A stretch of 64,000 nt of DNA from Lingula anatina (Eukaryota; Animalia; Brachiopoda). The notes beneath the pieces are model-generated. The model saw only the letters and a list, made by a program, of their open reading frames with translations, was not told the origin of the DNA and did not search any database. Position numbers and translations under genes: made by a program. This document shows, in pieces, positions 53,301-64,000 of this stretch (the first letter of the stretch is position 1; each line of letters opens with the position of its first letter). The DNA lies in contig CM120646.1 of NCBI GenBank assembly GCA_051362555.1, forward strand, positions 8,804,001-8,868,000, written 5' to 3'.

Positions 53301-56058
53301 CAGCATATTTCACATATTGGCATTTTCAAGGTGTGACTTTGAAGTTCTACATGCTTGAAGACCCATGCTAGTCACATTTTCTGAAAATCCATGATACGTA
53401 TATTTTATTATTAAAAATTGACCCTCATTATGCTGTTAAACATTATGTAATATTGCATGAGAATAGAAGAAAACAATTATGGGTGCTGCTGCCATGATGA
53501 CCATTATGGGAAAACCATGTTACTTATGATTGCCAAATGTTCAAAAAAGAAATGCAGGACTAAAATGCAGCCTGGGTTGGAAAAGTAGTCTAATTGGCTT
53601 CTTTTTCTGGAAGTTATACATTTTCAAAGTGTGAACTTGAACTCCCATGGGCCTGAAGCCTTATGCTTGTTACATGTTTTACTTACATTGGTATTACCTG
53701 TTGAGCATAATTAAAATTTGATGTTGAATTTGCAGTTTAACATAATGTACTTTTGCATCAGAATTGACAGTAGCCTATTTTGTGCATAGTTATTTCCTGC
53801 TTTTTGTCTGTACATTTGACAGCTTTGCTGCCTTGTTATGTACAGACACAGATGTGTCTGTACATAGAGCCGTCACCTGCGTCTGGGTATCGCCGTCGCC
53901 GTGCACTCAGCGATAACATGATAAGTGGAATACTGTTTTACATTTTGTATTCAAATTTACAGAACTGATGAATATTCATAATACGCAGGTCAAGTTCGAA
54001 AATCAGCATGATCGGGCCATTTTTAGGGAAGTTATGCTGTTTTTTCACTTTTTATGTACAGACACAGATGTGTCTGTACATATAGCTGTCACCTGTGTCT
54101 GTCGTCGTCGCCGTCGTTACCGTCGTCCACTTTCACCGATAATACGATAAGTAAAAAACCGTTTTACCTTTTGGCTTGAAACGTACAGAACTGATGAATA
54201 TTCATAATATGCAGGTCAAGTTCGAAAATCAGCATGATCGGGTCACTTTTAGGGAATTTATGCTGTTTTTTCACTTTTTTCAGCATATATGCAGCACCGA
54301 TAACATGATAAGTGGAAAACCATTATACCTTTTGGCTTGAAACTTACAGAACTGATGAAAATTCATAATACGCAGGTCAAGTTCGAAAATCAGCATGATC
54401 GGGTCGCTTTTAGGGAATTTATGCTGTTTTTTCACTTTATTCAGCATATATGCAGCACCGATAACACGATAAGTGGAAAACCATTTTACCTTTTGGCTTG
54501 AAACTTACAGAACTGATGAATATTCATAATACGCAGGTCAAGTTCGAAAATCAGCAGGATGGGGTCACTTTTAGGGAATTTATGCTGTTTTTTTCACTTT
54601 TTTCAGCATATATGCAGCACCGATAACACGATAAGTGGAAAACCATTTTACCTTTTGGCTTGAAACTTACAGAACTGATGAATATTCATAATACACTGGT
54701 CAAGTTCGAAAATTGGCTTGATTGGACTTTTTTTACAAATTTAAAGTTATGCTGTTTTTTTCCATTATTCAGCATATATGCAACACTGATAACGCATTTT
54801 AAGGAAAACCAATCAGCCTTTTCCTTGAAACTTACAGGAGTGATCAGTCTGACTAATATACAGATCAAGTTTGAAAATAAGCTTGATCAGTTAAGTTTTG
54901 ATGAAGTTATTAGCCTTTTTGTATATAAGTGGTTTTTCTTCAGATTCAATTCTTAGGCATGTTAACAGTCTCATTATTTAACTAATAAGATACATAAAAG
55001 TGTTTGTTTGACATTTCCTGTATCTTTATAACATTGTTAGTTGATTTTGTTAAAAAGTTGGTAAACTTGTTATCTTGTATTGTGTAATAAAGTGTCAAAA
55101 ATGGAAATAAACTCATATCATTGCAGATTGTCAGATTCAATCATCCACTATGTTCAGGGGCCGGTTTCACAAAGCAGTAGTTAGTTAGCGATCGGTAGTT
55201 AGCCTCTCGCTAGTTAAAGTGCCGTTTCACGAAGCAGTCGCTAGTTCTCTCACTCGTTATTGTCTCGTTGTTGCCTTGGATATTTAACGACTGGTCAGAC
55301 CAGTCGCTAACTCTAGAGTTTCATCGTACGCATGCGTAATGAGTGAAATAAAAAGGTTGCTTAGTTACCGTTGTCTGTCATTTGTCTTTGTATCCAATAT
55401 GGCGGCTACTTTTCTTGCTATCCGTACCGCCAGAACTTAATGAGACCGAACTTAACGACTGAACTTAGCGATGAGTTAACGACTGCTTTGTAAAACACCC
55501 CTCGAAAATCGCTAAGTTTGCTCGTTAGCGAGGTAGTTCAGTAGTTAGTTGTTCTAACTAACTACTGCTTTGTGAAACCGGCCCCTGAATCTCAGGATGG
55601 AGGAAATTGGACATTTAACACTGTTCTATTGATATTTTCCCATCTCATCAATTTTATTAGTTGATCTAATAAAAATGGCAGTAAAACGTTTATTTTGTTT
55701 TATGTTAAAAATGTGTTAAAAATGGAAATAAACCCATTGCAGAACTTTGTTTACATTTTGGCATTTTCAAGATGTGACTTTGAAGTTCCATGTGCCTGAA
55801 GCCTTATGCTTGCTACACATTTTACTTACATTGGTATTACCTGTTAAGCATAATTAAAATTTGATGTTGAATTTGCAGTTAAGCATAATGTACTTTTGCA
55901 CCAGATTTGACAGTAACCTATTTTGTGCATTGTTATTTCCTGCTTTTTGTCTGTACATTTGACAGCTTTGCTGCCTTGTTTGGTTTTCCATACGAATCGC
56001 TTACTCCAGCTGGTGGTACAATACCCGGAGGCGGTATTGCCTCTCTGATCCACTAGTT
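50341..56058 (+). mobile_element. HINE family 2 copy containing nested head-to-tail HINE family 1 copies (51009-53836, 53837-55980)
   Basis: 5' hairpin GTACCACCAGC..GCTGGCGGTAC at 50344; 50341-51010 is similar to the reverse complement of 12240-12920; 3' end at 55985-56058; family 1 heads at 51009, ~51912, ~53087, 53837 and 54049. Confidence 0.82.
55158..55584. mobile_element. PIF/Harbinger-type MITE inserted in a HINE
   Basis: ~30-bp perfect TIR GGGCCGGTTTCACAAAGCAGTAGTTAGTTAG; CAG/CTG flanks; the empty site tatgttcagaatctcag is present in sibling copies. Confidence 0.88.
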
Positions 56059-57244
56059 GGATTATTGTATTTTATTGAATTTATGCAATTTTTCGTGAAA
56101 TTCTCATTTTGGCATTTTGAAAGTGTGAACTTGAACTCTCATGGGCCTGAAGCCTTATACTTGTTACATATTTTGCTGACTGGTATTACCTGTTGAGCAT
56201 AATTTCAATTTGATGTCAAGCATAATGTATTATTTCAGCAGAATTGACTGTGGCCTATTTGTGGACTGTTATTTTCTGCTTTTTGTCTATACAGCTTTGC
56301 TGACTGTTTCATTGATTTATTTTAATATTCAGCACATTCAAAAGAAAAAAAGGCAGTTTGGAAAGATGAGTGTAACGCATTTCCTATCATGATGGCAATT
56401 TGTCTAACTTTGGCTTTTAAGAAGCCATCCCAGGTTTCATGCTTTGAAATCTAGATGAAGACTGTGCAGGTGTAATAATTACTGTATACAGGATGAAGAG
56501 ACTACTTGCAATGCCATTATATATATTAAAATAGCAATTTTCCTTAACAATATTATTGTTATGTGGTTTTTCATTGTGATATGTGATATCATATATCTTG
56601 AGAAATTATTTCGAGTAGGTGAGCCCATACCATATAAATTTGGCAGAGTAAGACACCTGACTTGATAAACAAACTTTTTTTTTTTGCACTCTTGGTGAGA
56701 TTAAACACTGTTTTTATTCTGTCAAGGATCTAACGTAAATACCATGAATATTATCAAACAGTTCTGCAGCAAGCCTCATATCTGTAAAATTAGAAGAGAT
56801 AAAGCAATAGTGTGTTGAATTTTAAAAAGAAATCATTCATAAGTTTGATGCATTTTAATGTTTTTAGTTTATTTTTAAATGATACTGCTAATTCATAAAA
56901 AATGAATATTTGTAAATTCATATTCACAAAGGAACCTCTGGACTTCTACAGATTTTCCAAATTGTCTACATTATTTGGCATTTATTGTCATCTGTAATCA
57001 GGGAGAGACCTGGATGAAAGTCAGTTGAAATCACACAAATTATTAAAAGCCAGCATTGTGATTGAGTCATTAGTTCACTTATTGAAATTACTTATTTGCA
57101 ATTTAAAGCCAGCAGCAGCAATTGTTATTTTTGAGGCCTTACTTTCTTTTTGTTGAATTAGATTCCTTAGAAAAACTTATTTTCAACCATTGCTTCAGCC
57201 TTTAAAAACCATATTTAAGTAACACTACTGTCTTTCTTTTCCAG

Positions 57245-57319
57245 ATGGGAGAATCATTTGTGAGCTATTTTCAGACATTGTACCTAAGACATGTGAAAAC
57301 TTTAAGGCACTCTGTACAG
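57245..57319 (+). CDS. PPIG/NKTR-type cyclophilin, second coding exon ([26 protein letters not shown])
   Basis: tttccag acceptor and G|GTAAT donor; 75 nt, phase 1-1; classic cyclophilin GRI..ELF.D..PKT.ENF.ALCTG motif; the paralogue cannot be fixed from 45 aa. Confidence 0.93.
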
Positions 57320-60007
57320 GTAATTGCCTCTTGAATTTGAGGTCTTACTCATGAAATTTTTTTTTTGTGTGTGAAATTGAAGTTTACTATCTTTGAAGGT
57401 GAAGGTCCAGTTATATGTGAAATGAACAAAAGATGTAATTGACAAAAAAGTTTGGATAATGATCACTGTCTGTCCTCTTTGTCGCCATTGACATATGACA
57501 CATTTGAGCTATAGCTACCAAACTAAAATTTTCTTTTTAAGGCCGGTGATAGGGTTAAATACGCTTAAAATCATGTTTTTGATTTTTTTGTGTGTTTATA
57601 TTAATCAAAAAGTATCTAACGTTGGATGTAATAATTTTTATGAATTTGCATCGCAAAATGTGTCTTTTGATGAGTTTTTCAACTGGCACGCGCCCCAGTC
57701 AGGCTGACAACTAAGCCACGCCTCTGTTACTAAGGGCCGTTGCCATGAGAGGGTCAGAGCACAGTTAATGAGTTATAAGCCGATTACGTGTGTGGTAATA
57801 GGTCATAAGTCTTACATATGCTTAGCAGCGAAGAAGTCTAGCTAGTACACTATGGGGAAGAGAAAAGTTCGTGTTAAAAGTCCATTTCCAGAGGAAAGAA
57901 AGAAAATTTTGAAAGAGAGTAGGGCCTATGCGTGGCGGTTGGGGAAAACCGGCCCTATTTGTTCAGTCTGATAACTGATTTCTGTATACCTAATAAATGG
58001 GTGAAAGAGTTAATCGAATCGCCTAAATTAATTGACAAATGAAAGAAAAATCGATAAATAAATTAAAAAAAACGCTGAAAAGGATACTTTTAGCCTAGCT
58101 CTTAATTTTTGCGATATATATCGGCGAGCGTATCTGTGACACGTTACGAAACCAGAAATGATTGTTGGTCGCCGTTTGCAAAAGGTAAATCTAATGTTGA
58201 CAAAATAAATTTTTTTCTCCAAGATATGATATCATGGAGCTTGAGAGACACGCGAAAAATTGTGATGTGAATGGCCAAACGAGAGAAATCCAAGCAAGGG
58301 TTGACAGCATGATTAAAACAATAAAAATAAAAACGCATGTTAGCGGCTTTGCATTTTGCGATGTTTGGAGAAAAACAATTTCAAAAGCACTGATCAAGCG
58401 AGAAGAAAAAGTTCAAAATGTATCCAAAAATGCAAATCACAAAAAGACCCCGAAAATAGTCAAGACTAGCAGGTAAAAAGCAAATAGGGTCTAAGTGTCA
58501 TGTGTGTAAAAATAAAATATTTATTCAAAAGCCTTCTCTCAGCCACTTTTACTGCTGAATCTTGTGCAGCTGAGCGTCTCCCCTTTATCTTAGCTGGCAT
58601 TTTGAGAAATACCGCTATGAAGTAATCACTGGATTTTTCCGTTGATCTGACGATTACCAAGTGTCGTGCAAAATAATCCTGCAGCGTTACCCGTCAAAAA
58701 ACTCGTATTAACACAAGTGACGGACACTTGCTCTCGACACAGTTTTATCTGATCACTTTGCCGATAACAAAGAAAGAATCTCTCAGGTAAAATTACTCGA
58801 TTGCTGAGGAAGAGCCATTGAAACGTTCAAATGCAACTTCACACCTCTTAATTGCGGTTAAACGTAATCGCCTTTGTTAGCGCTTCCTTCTACATATCCT
58901 TGACACCCTATGGGGCATCACTAGGCTAGGGCCCTCTCCAGAGCTGTCAATCAAACTGGCGGCACGCTTACATGCCTAACGAGTGGTCGGAAAATGTAAC
59001 AAAAGCACGATTTTCTGCCCCTTCAAAGCACCCAAACAAAATATTTTTAGATGACAATAAGCAATGGTTCCATCTGATCGTATAACCGATAACAGGTAAA
59101 TTTGCCAGCTAAGCATTTGACTAATAAGCCCTGTTAACCAACCTGTGAACGTTTTTGGCTGTTTTAACAGCTTTCTATATTGACGAGATAAGTGAATCGC
59201 TGCCAAGTATATCTCACTATCTGAGCTACCGATCGTTACAAAAGTTGCACCTATTGTTGTTAGGAATGTGGACTACAGCATGATATCAGGGGTTTAAGAG
59301 GAAATTGTTTGTTTGAAAGTTATCGCCTTTTGAAGTTAATAACCCATTGAAATATGGGCTGATTTAACGTAAAAGATGATAAAATCAAAAGTAAATAGTT
59401 TAAGACAATTCCCTGGTACCCCGCTGTAGTGCTTTCACCCAGCTTTATGTGGTCTTTTGAATCACTTGAATAGCTGTCTTGGTTATAGAGAAAATCCCAA
59501 TACCGAAAACGGCATTTTTCCCCCTCAAATTGGCGCCAGAGCGTCATCCGTTGGACACTGTACTTAATCCCCGTCTTTAATTGGCCTTTTGGGAAGTTTG
59601 TTTTAATTTTTTATAAAAACTTATAAGCCCAGGGCTTTGTTTCTATGACTTTGGTCCTTTTACTATTAGTGGCCTTAAACTCAAATGTACTGTATGGTCC
59701 CATATCTTTAGTATAAAGGTTGGTTCATTTCGCCTATGATAACCATGGGATAATTCTTTTTCATTATAAGAATTTTGTTGGTCTTAACTGAAATACGGTT
59801 GCGTTCACAGGGCACTTTAGGTTGAGTGCAGCTTCAAGGACGACCGACTTGTGTGCATGCTGATTGTGAATCGCTTACCATTTTCACTGAAATGTGGTTT
59901 TAGTTGATTTTTTGAGTGCACGTGGTGCACATTGGATATGTATTTTAGTCATTGCCGATGGTAACTGATGCTTTTTCAGTCAATTTTCATCACCAGATTT
60001 TAAGCAC

Positions 60008-63000
60008 ATGGTGTCAGTAATGGCAGAAGAAACTACTAGTAGTGCTGGTGTTAAAACTGGGCCTGAGCACGTCACTGTGAGTGACGATAGACCAGGCAGG
60101 AAGGGTAAAGGCAAGTTGTCGACTTTCAAAACCCCTAGGAGTGGGAAAAAATCCTCTTCGGATGACAATATTATGTCACTACTGGTGTCTTTGAAAGCCT
60201 CTGTGGACGCTCAGGATGGAAGGTTAGAGATCATCGTCAACCGTTTCAGTAACATAGAGGCACAATATTGTCAGTATGATGATGATGTTTATGTCGACAT
60301 TGGAGGTGTTGAACCCGAGGAGGCATACACTACTGGGGAAAAAAGAAAGTTGGACTTGTATCTTCTCGACTCGAAAGAGAACTTGTTTCAGCATATGGAT
60401 TTGATTAAACAGAACAACAGGCCAGCTGGTAACTGTGTTTACCTGCAAGTTGTAAAAACCAACCAGGTGATATGGGACCAGGTCCCGGGTTGGACAAAAG
60501 CAAATGATAAAAAGATGCAAAACATTGCACATACCTTACTTAAAGGTGCCAACATATAGCTGAAAACTGTTAACCAGATGGCCTTATTTGAAAGAAATCA
60601 AGAGAAAGACACAAGTGGCAATATTGGCAGCATGATTGAAAACTGTAACGACGTCCTAGCACTGATGGGACATATGAATAGGCAGATCAATATGATGAGG
60701 AAAGATTTCATAAAACCACAATTAAGTGGAGAATATGCTCACCTCTGCAGTCACGAGCTGATATACAGCGACTAGTATCTGTTTGGAGACGATCTTCCCA
60801 AAATGGCAAGGGACATCAGGGATTGTTCTAACATCAAATGTAAATTGTTTGACAATTCCACCAGAGGACGCAGACATAGTGTCAGAGGTTGCAGATCTGT
60901 GTACATAGTGGGTGTTACTTAACCCGTAGGAGGGGGAGGACACAGACAATTGAGCCAGTGGCAGGATGACCCTGGAGCAGGACCTTCCTTTGCAAAAAAC
61001 TATACGCAGGGGACAGAGAAATCTGCCCAAGCAATAAATGGGGTAAATACTCATTTTGAAGTAGGTACATTGGCTGGCTATATTGATGAATGGAAACTAA
61101 TTATAAGTGACCCATTTATTCTTGACATCGTGAAATATTGTCATATTAATCTAGATTTCAATGGTGGGATTCCTGCTGTTGCAAAGTCAAATTGCAAATT
61201 AAATGGGTTAGATATGTCCATTACTGACATAGAAATTAAAAAATTACAGGACATGAGAGGGATTATTTGTGTGAATAGTGAAGCAGGCTAAATTTTATCA
61301 CTGATACTTTTGAGACAAAAAGAAAATGGTGAATACAGATTAATTCTGAATTTAAAGAAGCTAAATCTGTTCATTCCATACCAGCATTTTAAGATGGAAA
61401 CATTTGAGAAAACCCTAGCTACCGTTGCTAACTGATATTGTAAAAATGAGGTCAGTCGATATCTGTTATGCTTATTATTCAATTAAGCTTGCCGAAGAAC
61501 AGCAAAAATATTTTAGGTTTGAGTGGCGCGATAAAATCTACCAATATACCTGTTTACCCAATGGGTAGTGAGGGCCTGCCATTGTTTACAAGTGATAGAT
61601 ACAATACGAGTCGCTGAGCTGTACGTGAAATATTACGAGTGTATTGTCAAGCCGCAGGCAAGATAATACACGAGTTATTTTCACCTACAGTTCAGCGAGG
61701 AGTGTTGCATCTGGCTTTAACCATGGACTCTGATTGGCTACTACACTGCCCTTGTGATATTTTACTCAAACATGTTAGGGGCCCTTGTGGTCACTTATTC
61801 CTGTGTTGGACAACAGAGGACAAGGCTGAACACGTCTTTACAGCCCCCTCTACCAAAGTCAGCCCCAGCTGTGCAGCAGCAGCACCACCACCACCACCAG
61901 CAGCAACAGCAGTTTAGAAACTGATAAGTTCCCAAAAAAACACTACTTCTTCTTCCCCATCAGTGGCGGATTTAGAGGGGGGGGGTCCATGGGGGTCCTG
62001 ACCCATCCCCCTTCGGTTTCTGAAAAATATATATCACACCAATATTCCCCTCTTGAAATTAGAATTTTGACTAGCTACATCATAGTTCTCAACCATACCA
62101 AAGGGCACTGTTTGCTCTCCAAAACTCCCAAAATTTTTCAGGGCCCTTGAGCAGGTCTTGAACCCCACACTAAGGGGGCGACGGTCGGCTTCGCATCCGA
62201 GGCCTGTCATTCTGGATCCCCCCCCCCTTCAAATAATCCTGGATCCGCCCCTGCCCATCATGTAATGATGATTAGGATACCTTGATATTCATTTGCTTCC
62301 ACAAATTAAGTAAATTGTCAAATGTCAAAGAAGGGAGGAAATTTACTTTGGAAGTGATTTTTAAACTTTCGTTTTCACATTCTGTATTGTGAGCAACTTG
62401 TCGTTCAATTCGAGAATGTGAAATTTCAGTTTTTGGGTAAATGCTGTTTCATGATATTAAAAGTTTGAGAAAAAACTTGTTTTCATTGTTGTCTGATCCG
62501 TGGTAGGCGCCAGGACCCAATACACAGATACTGGGCCCTTATTAGCTAGTGAGTAACAGGAGTGCAACAGACCGTGGAACGCACTCGTACATGACATGCT
62601 TGTACGTCGAATACAGCACGGCTGTGGTTTAAAACTTCTTATTAAACTAGTTTTGGCAAAACTGAGAAGTTAGGTTTAATTAGTTCAGGATACCTTTCTG
62701 ACAGTTTAACAATTGCCAGTGATGATTTAGAATACCTTGAGAATTTAAAGGCAACAGTTACCCTTCTGTCCAAGTTAGGTATTATTATAAATGATGACAA
62801 ATCATTATTGAACCCAAGAATCAAGTTAAAATTTTTGGGAAATGTTATTGATTTCAACAAAATGATAGTAACAATGCCAAGTGATAGGCAGGAGTAAATA
62901 ATTTCTGCATGCAAAGAGCTGTCTAATACTTCAGAGGCACCCATAATAAATAAGGCAGGTTGCTAGAGTCATTGGATTGCTAGTAGCCAGTTTTTGGATT

Positions 63001-63330
63001 ATGGCAAGCTGTACTGTAGAAAATAAGAAAGAGCAAAGATTAAGACTTTACGAGATTCTAAGAGTAACTTTGATGTACCCATGATTATATCAGACAGTAT
63101 GAGGTCAGATTTAAATGGATGGATTGGAAACTTGAAATCCCAGCATAGGGTTATTGCTAGACCAAATCCCTCATAGAGACTTGAAATACAGACGCCTCCA
63201 CCTTAGGTTTGGGTGCAAGGTATAAGTACAAAGATATTAGAGGTAGATGGACAGATGTAGAAAGTAAATTGCCAATTAATGTGTTAGAATTAATGGCCAT
63301 TTTAAATGCACTTAACTCCATAGGTATCGG
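60008..63330 (+). mobile_element. Decayed DIRS-type (tyrosine-recombinase class) retrotransposon: gag-like, RT and RNase H remnants; interrupted at about 61595-62640
   Basis: gag-like VIWDQV...DKKMQNI, MRKDFIKPQL and LFGDDL; RT motifs YRLILNLKKLN..HFKMET, YQYTCLPNG and KFLGNVID; RNase H RGRWT...INVLELMAI; many stops and frameshifts; no recombinase ORF seen in the window. Confidence 0.85.
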
Positions 63331-64000
63331 TTAACGCTGACTGATAAAGTTCTGCTGGGCCCAATTAATTCTGTGACCTAGCCTTGAAAAGCCAGGTCAC
63401 CTCAGTAAATTGGCCATAATTTATTTGTTTGCCTTTATTACCCATACAAAGTATACATTTTTAAAAAGCCAAGACTTCAAGCTGAAAGAAAATAGAATTA
63501 CATTTAAATTCAACATGCAGTATCAAGATGGTGGAAAAGAGCTTTCTACAGTCAGCCAGCTGAACGATCTGACGTGGCTTGAGCATGGCCAGTGTGATCT
63601 CATGCCCACCTTTATTGAATCGACATGCTGTAGTGAAAACACTGCTGTGCCCACCAAAATGAAGCACGATGCCAGATACGTTACAGAACTACAGACCTTT
63701 AATAATGCAGGTTTGGACACTGTGCTTGGATTTTTTTAACTTCAGAGCCAAATTTTACGTTTTGCAGCATCCGCAGGTAGTACAAAATAGCAGACATCTT
63801 TCTTATCGTAACCTACATTACGGCACCCGAGTGCAACAAAGCGTTAACCTTGCGGCATTTTGTTTCACTGACACCTGAATGTTTAGTCTTCTATCTATAT
63901 ACTATTACTACAGCTGTTGAAAGCTACTACGCAGGTTTCGTCACTAGAAACTGATCAATCAGGATTTTCTCATCTAAATCTCCTCTTTCCTCTCTAAAAC

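Noticed and set aside
54150-54700. CTGATGA...GAAA in the 120-bp HINE repeat as a hammerhead ribozyme
   Set aside because: No stem II between the cores, and the required U-H cleavage triplet is not in register
57537-59680. Possible TTAA-flanked (Kolobok-like) element
   Set aside because: The candidate ends match over only a few bases, so boundaries could not be supported
61639-61917. 92-aa ORF ending in an Ala/Pro-rich tract
   Set aside because: Low-complexity CAG/CAC repeat inside an insertion within the DIRS relic; no recognisable domain or splice support

Overview
AT-rich animal genomic DNA, inferred to be a marine invertebrate (probably lophotrochozoan). Two spliced genes lie head-to-head. 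On the minus strand are coding exons 1-6 of an ANKMY2 orthologue (ATG at 26450, running off the left edge). On the plus strand are the first two coding exons of a PPIG/NKTR-type cyclophilin (ATG at 50249, continuing past the right edge; probable non-coding first exon near 35.4 kb or 49.7 kb). Nearly everything else is nested mobile DNA: two families of non-autonomous Helentron-like (HINE/DINE-1 architecture) elements with internal ~120-bp satellites, a CR1-type LINE broken into four pieces, a Sola2-like transposon, an ISL2EU-like element, several MITEs, a decayed DIRS retrotransposon and Penelope-type hammerhead motifs. The most striking pattern: every recognised end of both HINE families is in the sense orientation of its host gene. 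The orientation flips across the divergent promoter region, none was seen in the ~9-kb intergenic stretch, and the outermost ends often lie only tens of bases from splice signals. This suggests transcription-linked insertion that inflated small introns. Family assignments come from motif recognition by eye, not database searches.
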